A DNA stretch of 63,530 nt, filler included, from Octopus bimaculoides (Eukaryota): assembly GCF_001194135.2 (NCBI RefSeq). It is 10 parts of 9 records of this genome, joined end to end, with 100 filler letters (N's around TTAATTAATTAA, not from the genome) between each part and the next. Parts side by side here need not be neighbours in the genome. Positions count along the whole stretch, not along the records: positions 8,366 to 23,692 come from NC_068988.1; positions 23,793 to 31,677 come from NC_068987.1; 8 more parts are not named here. One strand, 5' to 3'. How positions within the stretch are numbered: position 1 is the first letter of the stretch; each line of letters begins with the position of its first letter. Positions 11,301 through 23,814 of this stretch are shown here, one piece after another. The translations under genes were made by a program, and so were the position numbers. The notes under the pieces are model-generated. The model worked only from the letters and a program-made list of their open reading frames with translations. It was not told the DNA's origin and made no database searches.

Positions 11301-14300
11301 TTGTTTTGATAAATTGACAGTCTCTTCAAGCATGTATCATTTTCATGGCCTGCTTGATTTTAAATATAAATAGACTAGCCTTTTCCACTGTCCCAAACTG
11401 TTCTTACGAATAGATACATTCATATACAGGTAGTACCTTTGCTTGTAAATGAGCATGTATTCATATACGTATATACATATGTATGTACGTCTACACATAG
11501 AGCGGAAATGCATTAGTATATGTACAAACGAACTTCAAGTGAAGTATAGTACCACTGAAATAGCATCTGCAACAAAGTACAAGCACACATTTGACATAAG
11601 TCGAAAAAGTATTATAGTGAGTGGACACGAAATCGTCAAGAACTATAAGATGCTTGAAGGTCACGGAAATTAAAGGCTAGAGTACCTCAGCAACGAAATA
11701 CAGTATTAAACCACAGAAATATTATGCAATTATTTTGCTATTAAAATTAAGTATGAGGACACTGACATGAAATATATCCCACCTTCGACCTATCACACTT
11801 GTGTTTGTGTTTCTTTACTTTTGTAATACAATAGCAACTAATAGCCACTCCACAGCTCTCGAATGAAAACCCATAAGTAAATAATTTATACAAAGTATAT
11901 TTTTTCCTTTATATATAGACTACATTCTAATATAAATATTATAATCTCTCTCTCTCTTTCTCTCTGCATATATATATATGTATATATNNNNNNNNNNNNN
12001 NNNNNNNNNNNNNNNNNNNNNNNNNNNNNNNNNNNNNNNNNNNNNNNNNNNNNNNNNNNNNNNNNNNNNNNNNNNNNNNNNNNNNNNNNNNNNNNNNNNN
12101 NNNNNNNNNNNNNNNNNNNNNNNNNNNNNNNNNNNNNNNNNNNNNNNNNNNNNNNNNNNNNNNNNNNNNNNNNNNNNNNNNNNNNNNNNNNNNNNNNNNN
12201 NNNNNNNNNNNNNNNNNNNNNNNNNNNNNNNNNNNNNNNNNNNNNNNNNNNNNNNNNNNNNNNNNNNNNNNNNNNNNNNNNNNNNNNNNNNNNNNNNNNN
12301 NNNNNNNNNNNNNNNNNNNNNNNNNNNNNNNNNNNNNNNNNNNNNNNNNNNNNNNNNNNNNNNNNNNNNNNNNNNNNNNNNNNNNNNNNNNNNNNNNNNN
12401 NNNNNNNNNNNNNNNNNNNNNNNNNNNNNNNNNNNNNNNNNNNNNNNNNNNNNNNNNNNNNNNNNNNNNNNNNNNNNNNNNNNNNNNNNNNNNNNNNNNN
12501 NNNNNNNNNNNNNNNNNNNNNNNNNNNNNNNNNNNNNNNNNNNNNNNNNNNNNNNNNNNNNNNNNNNNNNNNNNNNNNNNNNNNNNNNNNNNNNNNNNNN
12601 NNNNNNNNNNNNNNNNNNNNNNNNNNNNNNNNNNNNNNNNNNNNNNNNNGTGTGTGTGTGTGTGTGTGTGTGCGTGTAAGGCTATGCAGATGCGTGTGTA
12701 CGCGTCTATACCCGTCTGCGTGTGTATATGCACGCATGCATATCTGTTTCAGGTAAGTTTGTGCATTAAATTGAAATCGAACGTGTTCAACATGAGATCC
12801 AGTCTTAAATTAGGTTTAAGATGGACGTAGCCTTCTTTTTAATGATCTGCTAACACTTCATTGAATAGTTTGTTCCTTGATTATTTCCCTGCACTGAGTG
12901 AAACACCAATTTAATAGTGAAAATGAAACAACTTAACTTGAATAGTAATTAGTATCATGTGTTTCATTTATGCCTTATTAAATTGGTTGTCTTCTGAAAG
13001 TGGAATTACAACATTAAATTTCAAAATCGATGAGTGGATAAGCGAAGTAACGAGTATGTATTTCGAGAAGGCTAGGGTGATTTTACTTTGCAAGAAAATT
13101 GGGACCTAAACACTTACTGTATTACATGTTACCGAGCATCTTTACTTCCCTAGTGGATAACGAGTAAAGTGGTCAACAAAATCATTTATTTATCTTACAA
13201 ACTAACTTGTGCTTATTTAAATTTATTCCTTAATATATGCTATAACTTAGGCTCATTTTTCTCTTAAATTTACATAACAATGACATTAGCACTGAATAAT
13301 TTTAAAATCATTTTGAGTTGCGACGCAATATCGCGTGGAAATGGACTAAAATTATAAGGCACCGCCTTCCTTGTGTCCACCTACTCTATAGTGTCTGCAA
13401 GATACTAAGCATTCTAAATGAGTATATCTTATCTCTCTTTTAAAGTCATTTGGCCTTCTGTGGCTTCCGGCTCATATGTTACTATATGAAGAACTAATAT
13501 ATCAACATCGAAGAATTTACTCAATGAACTTGTAAATGAAATAGAGAACGCCGGACGTTATGCAGTATGTGACGTGCATGCAACAGTAGGTTGAATACGT
13601 GTATAAGTGACATATTCTGGAGTGAAAATGATGAAAAATGAAAGTTAAAGAAAAATTGTCTCTTTTACCAAAATATAATGAAGAAACAAAATGTCAGAAA
13701 GAAATGTAGATCTAGGTGAAATAAAACATCTCCCCAAAATTTTGCAATATTTCTTTGGTACAGGTATTAGAATTGTTTTCGTAGCATAGACATTGTCTCG
13801 GTACACTTTCAATAAAAAATGACTAGAGTAACAAAACTGCCACACCTACGCAGATTTAAGTGCCTGAAGACCACATCACACCGGTAAGAAAAAAGCATAC
13901 ACCTACGAACACCAGGTACACACAACGTACTAGCGACAGGCCTACACAACCTACAAATAATGTCTACGCATTCGCATAATGTTGCAACATCAAAAAGTAA
14001 TATCGCACAAAGCAAATAAGTCTGAAAATGGGAAAAGCATAGAATGAAAACAAGAGAATAACACAACATACACACATGTCTGATTGTATAAAGATGACTG
14101 TAGCTAGTATGACGAATACAAGAATGAAACTTTATCACTTGTACAATGGAAACATACCAAATTTATTCATAAGATCGCAATAGTGTGAAGAATAACTATC
14201 TATAATATTCGATAATATGGCAATTAAGCGAATAAACCATCGTGTAATTAACAATAAATTGCATTGAAGTTTAATAAACACACATGTTCTTTACTGGCTC

Positions 14301-15945
14301 TTTATATGACACGACATATTTCAACAATATATAATTTGTTCTCCTAAACTTGTTATATCTTAAGCAGTCAGTTCTATATAGATATATATATACCACTGGC
14401 AAATTTTGGAAATCACTAATCTCATTCAGGTTATAATATAATGGAATAATAATCTGGAGCTTTTGGGTTGGTTAACTATTACTGATAAGCATCTTTTATT
14501 TCCTTCTTTCTTACAGAATGAAATAAATTATGTATAAACAAAATAGGCTACATTGGAAGATACGAAGTCCTCGGCTCGAACAGATTTTGAGATAATTACT
14601 TTTGTCAGATTGATCGTGGTTAAAAGAACAAAACTCAGTCAGAATTAATATTTATCTATAATTTGAATATGGTTATAAGTATATATGAAAGAAATGCAGT
14701 AAAAGAATCGATATCATTCTCAAAAGAATACAGAATGGTAATAATTTTCAAAATCCAAAGAAAATAATCAAAAGTCTGTAATAGTAACATTAACATAAAA
14801 TCCATATATTTCAATAAAAATCGTACATTATGTTGCAAAAGTTTTTGATAATATAAGCGAAGACTTGGTCTACTTTAAAGTGATGGACAACGTGTAGTTA
14901 TTAGGTTTTTTCACACTTTTGCATAACAGTGTACATGCAGTTTTAAGTATGACGCAATAGTTTGCAAATTGATATATTACTTGAGACATTAATTATATAC
15001 TGAAAAGAATTTGCCAAAATTTCCAATGAAATATTCATTAATATTTTCAACTCTTTTCTCCTTGAAGGAAAATTATCATTTTTCGTTAAATCTATTTATT
15101 ATAAACCAAAGAATATCTTTCCATCTACAAGAAAAGAGATTCCCCAAGTTATTTATTTGCATTTAAAAATACATCACAAAATGCTTGCAGAAAAAAATGG
15201 ATATGATTTCGCGTTGTATATTTCCAATATTTCGATTTAAGATGTTATATGATCATTATAATATAATCAAACTTCTCGTGAATAACAGTCACTGTTTTCA
15301 TATCTATCGTTACTATTTTCACAGGATGGCCCGAATTGAGCAGACATCTCATCATAGTTGCTTCTTTCATGAGCATCAGACTTAAAAAGGTATTAATCGA
15401 TAATACCTTTTGAAGGAAATGGAAATAAACTCGAATTTCAAATACGTTCTCCTAGTATTTATATCATGTTGTGCTAATATATACAGGCTCCTTTCAATCG
15501 ATCTAATTATTTTCAATATCCAACAAGAAGTACTGTGCCAGGAGAGTCATGTCTCGAGTTAATTCAATGTCAGGAATATGTCGAGATATATATCATTACC
15601 AACTTTGTCACAATTTGAACTCGTTATTATTATTATATTTTAAGTATGGTAATTGCTGATTTTAAGGAACTTCTAGTTGAATCGTTTGAACTTTATTTCT
15701 AAATATGATGAATTGTTAAAACATACTAGATACAATATAAAACTGTATCATTATATATTACAGACTAAACGTCCTTATTGATTAGCACCAGTTCAGCTCC
15801 GTGCTCTAATAGATGCAAGCTGAAAAGAATTTCATTCATGCCAATCACACACAAATCAAATATAGACGCAGGTCAAACTAATTCCAAAGCCAAAGTTAAT
15901 ATTTTTTAAAAAATACAGACGTGGCTGTGTTGTAAGAAGCTTGCT

Positions 15946-18015
15946 GCCGCTTCCAGTTGTCAGTTGTCTTTCTGCAGCCGAACAGTGTGGACGTGAGTCT
16001 TTTGGCTCCGACCAAGTACGGATTACAAGGAACATTGAAGAACTCGCCTAGGTAAGTCGGTTTTGTCACTCAGCTGAGCAATAATTTGAATTTTTTAATT
16101 CTTTTTCAGCAGGTTGTTTGTCAGCTTGGCGACGTTTTCGATTGCCTTGGCGGGTTTTTTGTAGTTGTTCGATAAGAACAATTTGTGTGTTAGCTGTTTG
16201 TGGTGGCCGTATCTGCTCCACAGCAGTGAAAATTTATTGCTTCGCCTTTTTTTTGCCGAAAAGACTTTGCGTTCGCATTTGTGAGCGAATTGTGTGATTG
16301 CTGTCTGTGGTGAACGGTTTCGCTTCACCACAGCAGTAAAGAAATTCTTTCCGAGGAAGCTTTAGAGTACCTTGTTTTGGAGTACCTCTGGAAGAACCCG
16401 GATTACCTGTGTTCCCGGGTTTGAACTGTCTTTTTTTTTCTGTCTTCAATCTATCTTTTATTTGGAACTGTGTGTATTTTTGTTTTTTCTTCTTTTTCCG
16501 TTTTCATTCTTCTTATTGAACTTTTATTGAACTTTTATTTGTGAACTGTTATAAACAAACACGGAGAAAAAAAGTAACAATACTGAAGTCACCGTCTTGG
16601 AGTGGGAGGTTGCCCCACCTAGGCGGTGGTCGGAAGAAATGGAAAAGAGGACAGTGGTCTTGCGGACCTATTGTAGGTCACGCAATGCGATTACCCTCTT
16701 CAATAGAGAAAAAATAGAGTAGGAACTTGCAGGCTGTTTGCAAAGTAGAAGGTACTTCATAATCAGGGGAGACATAAATGCAACGGTGTAGTTGCTGTTT
16801 GATTCCCCGTAGAGGCTGCTATTGTGGCTAGCCAGCCCCTGAAAGGGGTGGAAAGTTTCTTCCTCCCATCTTACTGCGGGAAAAAAAAGTTGTTAGAGCC
16901 TGGGTATGTGGACTGCCCCAGGTAGCAAAGCCGGATGGATTGCTGATGCCATCCGGCAGGGCTTGCGGGATAGTGGGCCCAGACTTGACTGCTGCGGTGA
17001 ACTGGGAGGGGATTAAAGCCAATTTAACCCTGTGGACACCTGTAGCCGCAGCAGAAATGATTTTCCCTGGTTTCCTGAAATTGGCTGGAGGGACGCCCTT
17101 CTAAATGTCACCTATGTCTGGCGTCTGGCCACATAAGGAAAAACTGCCCTCGGGGCCGAGATTAGGCTCCGGAGCAGGGAAAAAATAATGCAACCATTGC
17201 CCTCTACCGGAGGGGGTTGGAAACAAAGTCGTGTAGGTGGAAACTTTCACGAAACGAAAAATAAAGGTGAGCAGCAACAGTTGCTCACCAGTAAACGCTG
17301 CGGGAGAAGAGGAGGGCACCTCGAGGGCTCCGACGGAGGCTCCAATTCCCGCAGGAGAAACAAAGAAGAAAAGAATAAAGGAAAACAGAACGGGAAACGG
17401 TCGGCGGAGGTGCCCACAGAACCCGAAGTCTCTCCGGTGGGAAATGTGCCACCGGAGAGGAAGTCTCTGTCAGCGGAAATTGTGCCGTTGACAGAGGTCC
17501 CTCCCTGTGGGGAGGAGGATGTTTATATTATCCTGCACCACAAAGGAGGGAATGTTGATACGTACTTGGACCACGAGTCTGGCCAAGAAAGTAACTACTC
17601 AGCGTGTGCGAGTAGCTCTTTATGGCCTCCGCAGGTGACTGCGGAGGCCATAACAAAAAATACATTGAATAGAGTCATCAAAAAGTGTGACGGAAGGGAT
17701 CTTCCCTGCTACGCCGTAAGCTCCACTCTGACGATGGAACGTTGTTTGTCATGGGCAGCGCATCTACTGGAGTCTTGCGGTCGGGTGGATTAGTTGCATT
17801 AATGAATTTAATTGTATAACTGATTTTCTAAAAAAAATTGTAGTAATTTGTAATTGTATTGAAGCAATGTTTTCGAGGGGCTGCTAGTCGGAGGGCGCTG
17901 GCGCCCCTCTAATTTTTCATCTGTATCATCCTACCATATTTCATTAATGTCTTTGTCCAGCCCTAGCTTCTTGCTACTCTAAGTAACGCCGTTAATGTCG
18001 AATTATTGAAATAAA
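15946..18015 (+). mobile_element. ORF1-only L1/Tx1-like non-autonomous retroelement inserted in a family-A SINE head
   Basis: GC-rich block with a 5' leader, a degraded gag-like ORF, ~220 nt of 3' UTR and AATAAA at 18010-18015. It is flanked by AAGAAGCTTGCT (15934-15945) and AAGAATCTTACT (18014-18025), and the interrupted SINE resumes after the second copy. Confidence 0.72.
16561..17793 (+). pseudogene. Degraded ORF1 (gag-like nucleic-acid-binding protein with CCHC zinc knuckle)
   Basis: EGRPSKCHLCLASGHIRKNCP at 17088-17150 fits CX2CX4HX4C. Upstream frames give RTVVLRTY and FLPSYCGKKVVRAWVCGLP. Several stops and frameshifts are present. The putative start is ACG in a CAAAC context (inferred mutated ATG). 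Confidence 0.8.
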
Positions 18016-18304
18016 GAATCTTACTTCCCAGGTATATGGTTCTGAGCTCCAGCATTTCATGCTATTCCATATTGAGCTTCTCATATGTTTATGCTACTCT
18101 GTACATTTCCATTGTTTTATTATCGCATTGTTTATATAATATGTATACGAAATGACTTAACTTACAGATATAGTCTATCACCTATTTTTTTTTTATTATT
18201 ATCAATATATATTAACATCTTTCATATATACTAAAGCCATCACATCAATTGTTCACTGCTTAATACTGATAAATCGGCGCCTTGTGAATATTCAGCGATG
18301 CTAA

Positions 18305-18510
18305 TGCAGCAAGCTGGCAGAATGCATCGGGTGGAATGCTTAACAGCATTTCGTCTGTCTTTTCGTTCTGAGTTCACGTTCCGTCGAGGTCGACTTTGTT
18401 TCTCATCCTTTTGGGATCGATAAATTAAGTATCAGTTGCGTACTAGCGTCGATCTAATCGACTAGCCCCTCTCCAAAAATTTCGGGCCTTGTGCCTAAAG
18501 TAAAAAGGAA
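18305..18510 (+). mobile_element. tRNA-derived SINE, family C (MetaSINE-like central domain)
   Basis: CGTTCTGAGTTC..GAGGTCGACTTTG..CATCCTTTTGGGATCGATAAATTAAGTA resembles the Meta domain as recalled. It has several reverse-strand relatives in the window. Confidence 0.75.
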
Positions 18511-19981
18511 TATTCAGCAATGCATAATAGTTTTGAAGAGCACAAACATTCAATGTCACTTTAGTTATTTGCTTTCTCAATGCATATCCATCTTCAGAAA
18601 AAGTATTGAACTATATAGTAGACAATTCCGTTCTTCACATCTAATATTGTTTACCACAAATGAAACGCTGTTTTCAATTTTCCTGGATGTTCATTTCATT
18701 GAAGTTTGGAAATTTTAATATAATTCAAACTTCAGTTAAATGAGCTTAGAGTTTGATCATTCTTTATTTCTGAATTGTTTGTTCAACGTAAATAAAAAAA
18801 ATATATTATCTTTGTTTTAAATGATATGTATTTGGAAAACAGGGTTGTATTGGAAATACAAATGTCTATGTTTCTTACGAATATATTAGACCACGAATAT
18901 TTTCATCGTAACAGTATATCGCAATGACATTATGTTCTCATACGGTTATGCATAGACACGAATACATACCTTAACATTCCCACACATATACAACTCCACT
19001 CATATATGAAACGCATTTGCGCTAAGAAAAATATTATTATATTGAAGATTGTGGCTTAATGATATTTAACTTCGGTCGCATATTACAAATTTTAATATTG
19101 TAGTAATATGCCTGCCAAACCGATACAGTGTATTGTGTACTTACAATGCAATATCAATAAGTGAACTTTCTTCCTATATGCAATGATATCTTTTAAATAT
19201 AAATGGCGCCCACACTACCTCAACGGAATTTAATGTAAACTTGTCAACTTCACAAATTAGTTTGTGAGTAAACTACATTTTAATGGCGGTATGACACGAT
19301 CAATAACAACATTGAAAATATTCATATAATTTACTTGTATTCACGATGTATTTACCGCATGTAGTGAAAAATATTACACACTCCAGGTGAAGATTGTGTA
19401 CAGCTGTACATTATATTCAGTTACGCTCTATATAATCACTATCTCTGCAAATGTAACATCACAAATAACTAGCCATTTATTTTTTATAATTTGCACTGAT
19501 AAAAAGTAAATTTAGTGAAACCTATGTTTAGTCACATACAAGTAGTACACAAAATACAATTCACTAGATAGACTCAAGTTGTCAGCACCATCTTTTAAAA
19601 AAAATTTCAACAAATATAGAGGTAGCTATGTTAGACTGACTGATAAAAAAGAAATTCAATACAGAAATCAGCACGAATATAAAGCCACGCAAAATAAATC
19701 ATTAAATCCGCTGGGATTCAAAATGTACTCAATATGATGATAGCAATTCTATCTGGTGATACTAATCCCCAATTCTTTGGCAAACTTATACAAATGGCAT
19801 CTGCAACAGAGTATTATTAATAGCTCTTTATTTAGAAGATGAATTTGTAAATTTCTTTAAATATCAAAACACTAAATGATTTAGAAATGCTCTTTAGAAG
19901 CCACATAACGCTAGTTCTCTTCCAGATTTTATTGACAAAACAGAATCCGATATAAATAAACATATATATGCGGGCACGTAT

Positions 19982-20018
<37 letters not shown>

Positions 20019-20894
20019 TGTGTCTGTGTCTGTGTGTGTGTGCATGTGTGTGTGTGGGTGTGTGTGTATATGACTGTGTGCGCGCAGGCTTTAAAATGGA
20101 ATAATATTGTTGTTATTCGTTTTTGATTGTAACATTGAATAGTATCATAAAACAGAGTAACTGACAGTGTATTTTTTTTTATAGGAAGGTAAAATATATG
20201 TGGTAAACGATACAGGATGAGGTTACTTGTTGACATAATAGATTCGTTTTTCTGCTTCGTACGACTCTGCGCAATACAGAATTAGTTGTGATATGATTTC
20301 CGGTGGTCATCTGTCTTTTTGTATATTAAGCACCAGACCTTCAAAATTTCTTTTCATTCCCATCTCTTCTCAACTTTATAAACGCTTCCATTCGCAACTT
20401 TTATGTATGTTAATACTTTGCTTAGGCATTCCAAGACTTATGGCATGGTGTAGAACTAAAAAATACATATGCTTCAGAACAAAGCGTTAGTCGAGTATAA
20501 ACCGTTTATAAGAAAATGAAATGACAAAGGAAAACATAATTTTCCTATAAACCTTATTAACTTACAGCAGTTTCTGCTATTGGATGCAGTGCAAGCATAA
20601 TTGTGACTGAGTAATGCCATATAGCTTCGTCGGAGTCTTCAATTTTAAGTGAAATTTATTTTTCAATAAATGAATTTAATCTTTAATAAATACATTTATT
20701 AGAAGATAAATTGCACTTCATACTTGGGACTCCGACGAAATTATAAGGTGTTACTCAGCCAGAGTAATACCTTATAGCTTTATTTACAAGAACACCTTAT
20801 AACTTTAATATTTTACAGAAGCTTCTGTAAGCTAATGGAGATAATAAGATAATTGTTTATTCCTTTGTCATCACATTTTCTTATGAATATCGAT

Positions 20895-21205
20895 GGCACT
20901 CCGTCGATTACGACGACGAGTGTTCCAGTTGATCCGATCAAAGCAACAGCCTGCTCGAGAAATAACGTGTATGTGACTGAGCACTTCACAGACACGTGTA
21001 CCGTTAACGTAGTTCTCAGGGATATTAAGCAAGACATAGAGTGTGATAAGGGTGGCTCTTTGAAATACAGATATTACTCATTTCATCCAGCTGAGTGAAC
21101 TGGAGCAACATAAAATAAAGTTTCTCACTGAAGGAAACAACGGTGGCGGATAACTGAACACACCACCTCTCACGATCTTGAGCCGAATAAGCTAACCCCT
21201 AAGCT
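20895..21205 (-). mobile_element. SINE with a family-B 3' tail and a different central domain
   Basis: 20975-21070 aligns with 62215-62310 (CACAGACACGTGTACC.TTAACGTAGTTCTC). The rest differs (CAGCTGAGTGAACTGGAGCAAC). Confidence 0.7.
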
Positions 21206-21708
21206 ATGCGTCTTCCCTTATGAATATATATACATAATTATATATANNNNNNNNNNNNNNNNNNNNNNNNNNNNNNNNNNNNNNNNNNNNNNNNNNNNNN
21301 NNNNNNNNNNNNNNNNNNNNNNNNNNNNNNNNNNNNNNNNNNNNNNNNNNNNNNNNNNNNNNNNNNNNNNNNNNNNNNNNNNNNNNNNNNNNNNNNNNNN
21401 NNNNNNNNNNNNNNNNNNNNNNNNNNNNNNNNNNNNNNNNNNNNNNNNNNNNNNNNNNNNNNNNNNNNNNNNNNNNNNNNNNNNNNNNNNNNNNNNNNNN
21501 NNNNNNNNNNNNNNNNNNNNNNNNNNNNNNNNNNNNNNNNNNNNNNNNNNNNNNNNNNNNNNNNNNNNNNNNNNNNNNNNNNNNNNNNNNNNNNNNNNNN
21601 NNNNNNNNNNNNNNNNNNNNNNNNNNNNNNNNNNNNNNNNNNNNNNNATATGAACGTCTAGCTACGTGCTTATGTAGGCCTCCCGAGTACAACGAAGAAG
21701 TAAAACCC

Positions 21709-21741
<33 letters not shown>

Positions 21742-21984
21742 TTATAAAAAAAGGATTGACGTAACTCTTCACGAAGGTAAATAGTCAAGACGAAGAGTGC
21801 GATTTTAGATGTTTTATTTTTTGAACAACATTTCGACAGAACGTCTGTCTTTCTCGAGTTCAAAGCAAAAGGTGATTGAAACTTCAAAATTTCAGAAGCC
21901 AAACGTAAACTATGAACGTGAGTAACCAGCGTCCATACGTTGATAGAATGAAATGATCAGCTTTTGTCAGTTTTTTTAATAAGC

Positions 21985-22115
21985 AGAAAGAAAGAAAAAA
22001 AGAAGACGACAGAAAAAGAAAAGAAAAAAAAAGAAAAGAAAAAAAGAAAAGAAAAAAAGAGAAAAGAAAAAAAGAGAAAAGAAAAAAAAGAAAAGAAAAA
22101 GAGAGAAAGAAGAAT
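21985..22115 (+). repeat. Polypurine (A)nG tract next to the end of the PLE ORF
   Basis: AAAAG/AAAAAAAG reiterations, seen directly. Confidence 0.85.
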
Positions 22116-22117
22116 AT

Positions 22118-23692
22118 TCAATTAAACAGTTTTGTATAAATTTGATGATATTCTCCTGTCATCTTATTCATTCCTCGAGGGCGTGATGTCAATAACCCGC
22201 AAACATTTTTCTCCTCATACATTCTGAGAAGTGAAAGTGGATACTTTTTGAGAATGAGCACTTTCAAATTTTCTTCAAAATTGCAGCCGCTTGAAACGAA
22301 ATGTTCAGCAAGTTCTGTTGAACTACTGTTCTTGTGCCTGACGTCGAATCTGTGCCCATTAAACATTTTGTTTAATTGTTCCGTTGTACAACCAACATAA
22401 ATCAAGTTATGTTTCGTACATTCTGCACCGTACACTAAATGGGAATCTTTGCAGGTTCCCACTTCTGTATACATCATAACATTTCTATTATGATTTTTGA
22501 TGGTATTCACTTCACTCATGTTGTTGCACAATGAACAGGGCTTACCTCTCTTGCGGCTGTTCTTTAAGGTACAGCGTGTAGATATTCCAATGTTCGTTTT
22601 CTTGGAGTCAGATATAGAGGTCAATAATTCTTTTATGTTCTTATTCCGTCGAAAGTCTACAATGGGCGGCTGAGGAAATGTTTGTTTGAAACTGGGATAT
22701 TTTTTCGCCACATGTTGGTAACTTTCATGCAACACTTTTGAAATGCCAGCGAAACGTCGATGCCAGTTAATCACTAAAGGAATTCTGTAATATGTTGTAT
22801 TTTGTTTTCTAAGATTAGGCGTGTAGGTTTGACTATCTTTGCTAATCTTAGCTATTTCACTTGCTATTTCCTTTAAACGTGATTCGCTGTAACATCGTTT
22901 GACATAATGACATACAAAAGCATTTGCATGTTTCCAGTAATCCCCTATGTCAGTGTAAATCCGTTTTATCCTCAGAAATTGGGATTTCGGATTTGACCGA
23001 ATAAGATGATGTGGATGATCGGAGCGGCGGTGGAGCTATATGTGGGATGACGTTGGCTTGCAAAATAACTCTGTCACTATTCTACCTCCAGAAAACTTGA
23101 CTTTTGTGTCCCAAAATTCAACGCTAGTTTTTGAAAAACTACACGTAAATTTTATATTGCACTTAAAGCCATTGTTTCTAGCAAAGCAATCACAGAAATG
23201 CAAGAAGTCCATTAAACTATCCTGTGATCCTTCCCAGACAAAGATACGTCGTCAATGAACCGTAACCAGAGTATTGGTTCATGACCATGAAGGGATTTGA
23301 ATGTCTTCAGTAACTTTGTCTCAAAATTTGTCATAAAGACATTAGCGAAATTAACTGCCATGGGGGTACCCACGGCGCGACCCTTCGTCTGGTGGTAGAA
23401 TCTTTGTCTAAACTGCATTGTGTTACTTTCTAACACAAACCTCAATAATCTACAGAGCAAATTTGTTGGAACACTTTTATTTGACCGCTTTTCAAAGGCA
23501 TCCATGCATGTTTCTACTCCTTCATTATGGTCAATATTAGGATATAAGGAGGAAACATCCATGGTTACCAAAAAGCAGTTCTCAACACGGCCTCGGCGTT
23601 TAAAAAAGTTATTGATTTTAGATACAAAATCAAAAGTGTCCCGAATATAGGAACTTGATCTTTTTGCGACGGGAAGTAGAAAGCCATCAGCC
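22118..23692 (-). mobile_element. Penelope-like element: RT plus GIY-YIG endonuclease, degraded and cut by the contig end
   Basis: SYIRDTFDF..LVTMDVSSLYPNI..GTPMAVNFANVFM..WLRFIDDV; thumb KPTSSHI*LHRRSDHP..SQFLRIKRI; Cys-rich linker CTLK..KPCSLC; endonuclease LVYGAECTKHNLIYVGCTTEQLNKMFNGH. At least two frameshifts and one stop. Confidence 0.93.
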
Positions 23693-23814
23693 NNNNNNNN
23701 NNNNNNNNNNNNNNNNNNNNNNNNNNNNNNNNNNNNTTAATTAATTAANNNNNNNNNNNNNNNNNNNNNNNNNNNNNNNNNNNNNNNNNNNNATATATAT
23801 ATAAATATATATAT

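Noticed and set aside
15325-15389. Possible 65-nt exon (WPELSRHLIIVASFMSIRLKK)
   Set aside because: Weak donor, no recognisable homology and no partner exons.
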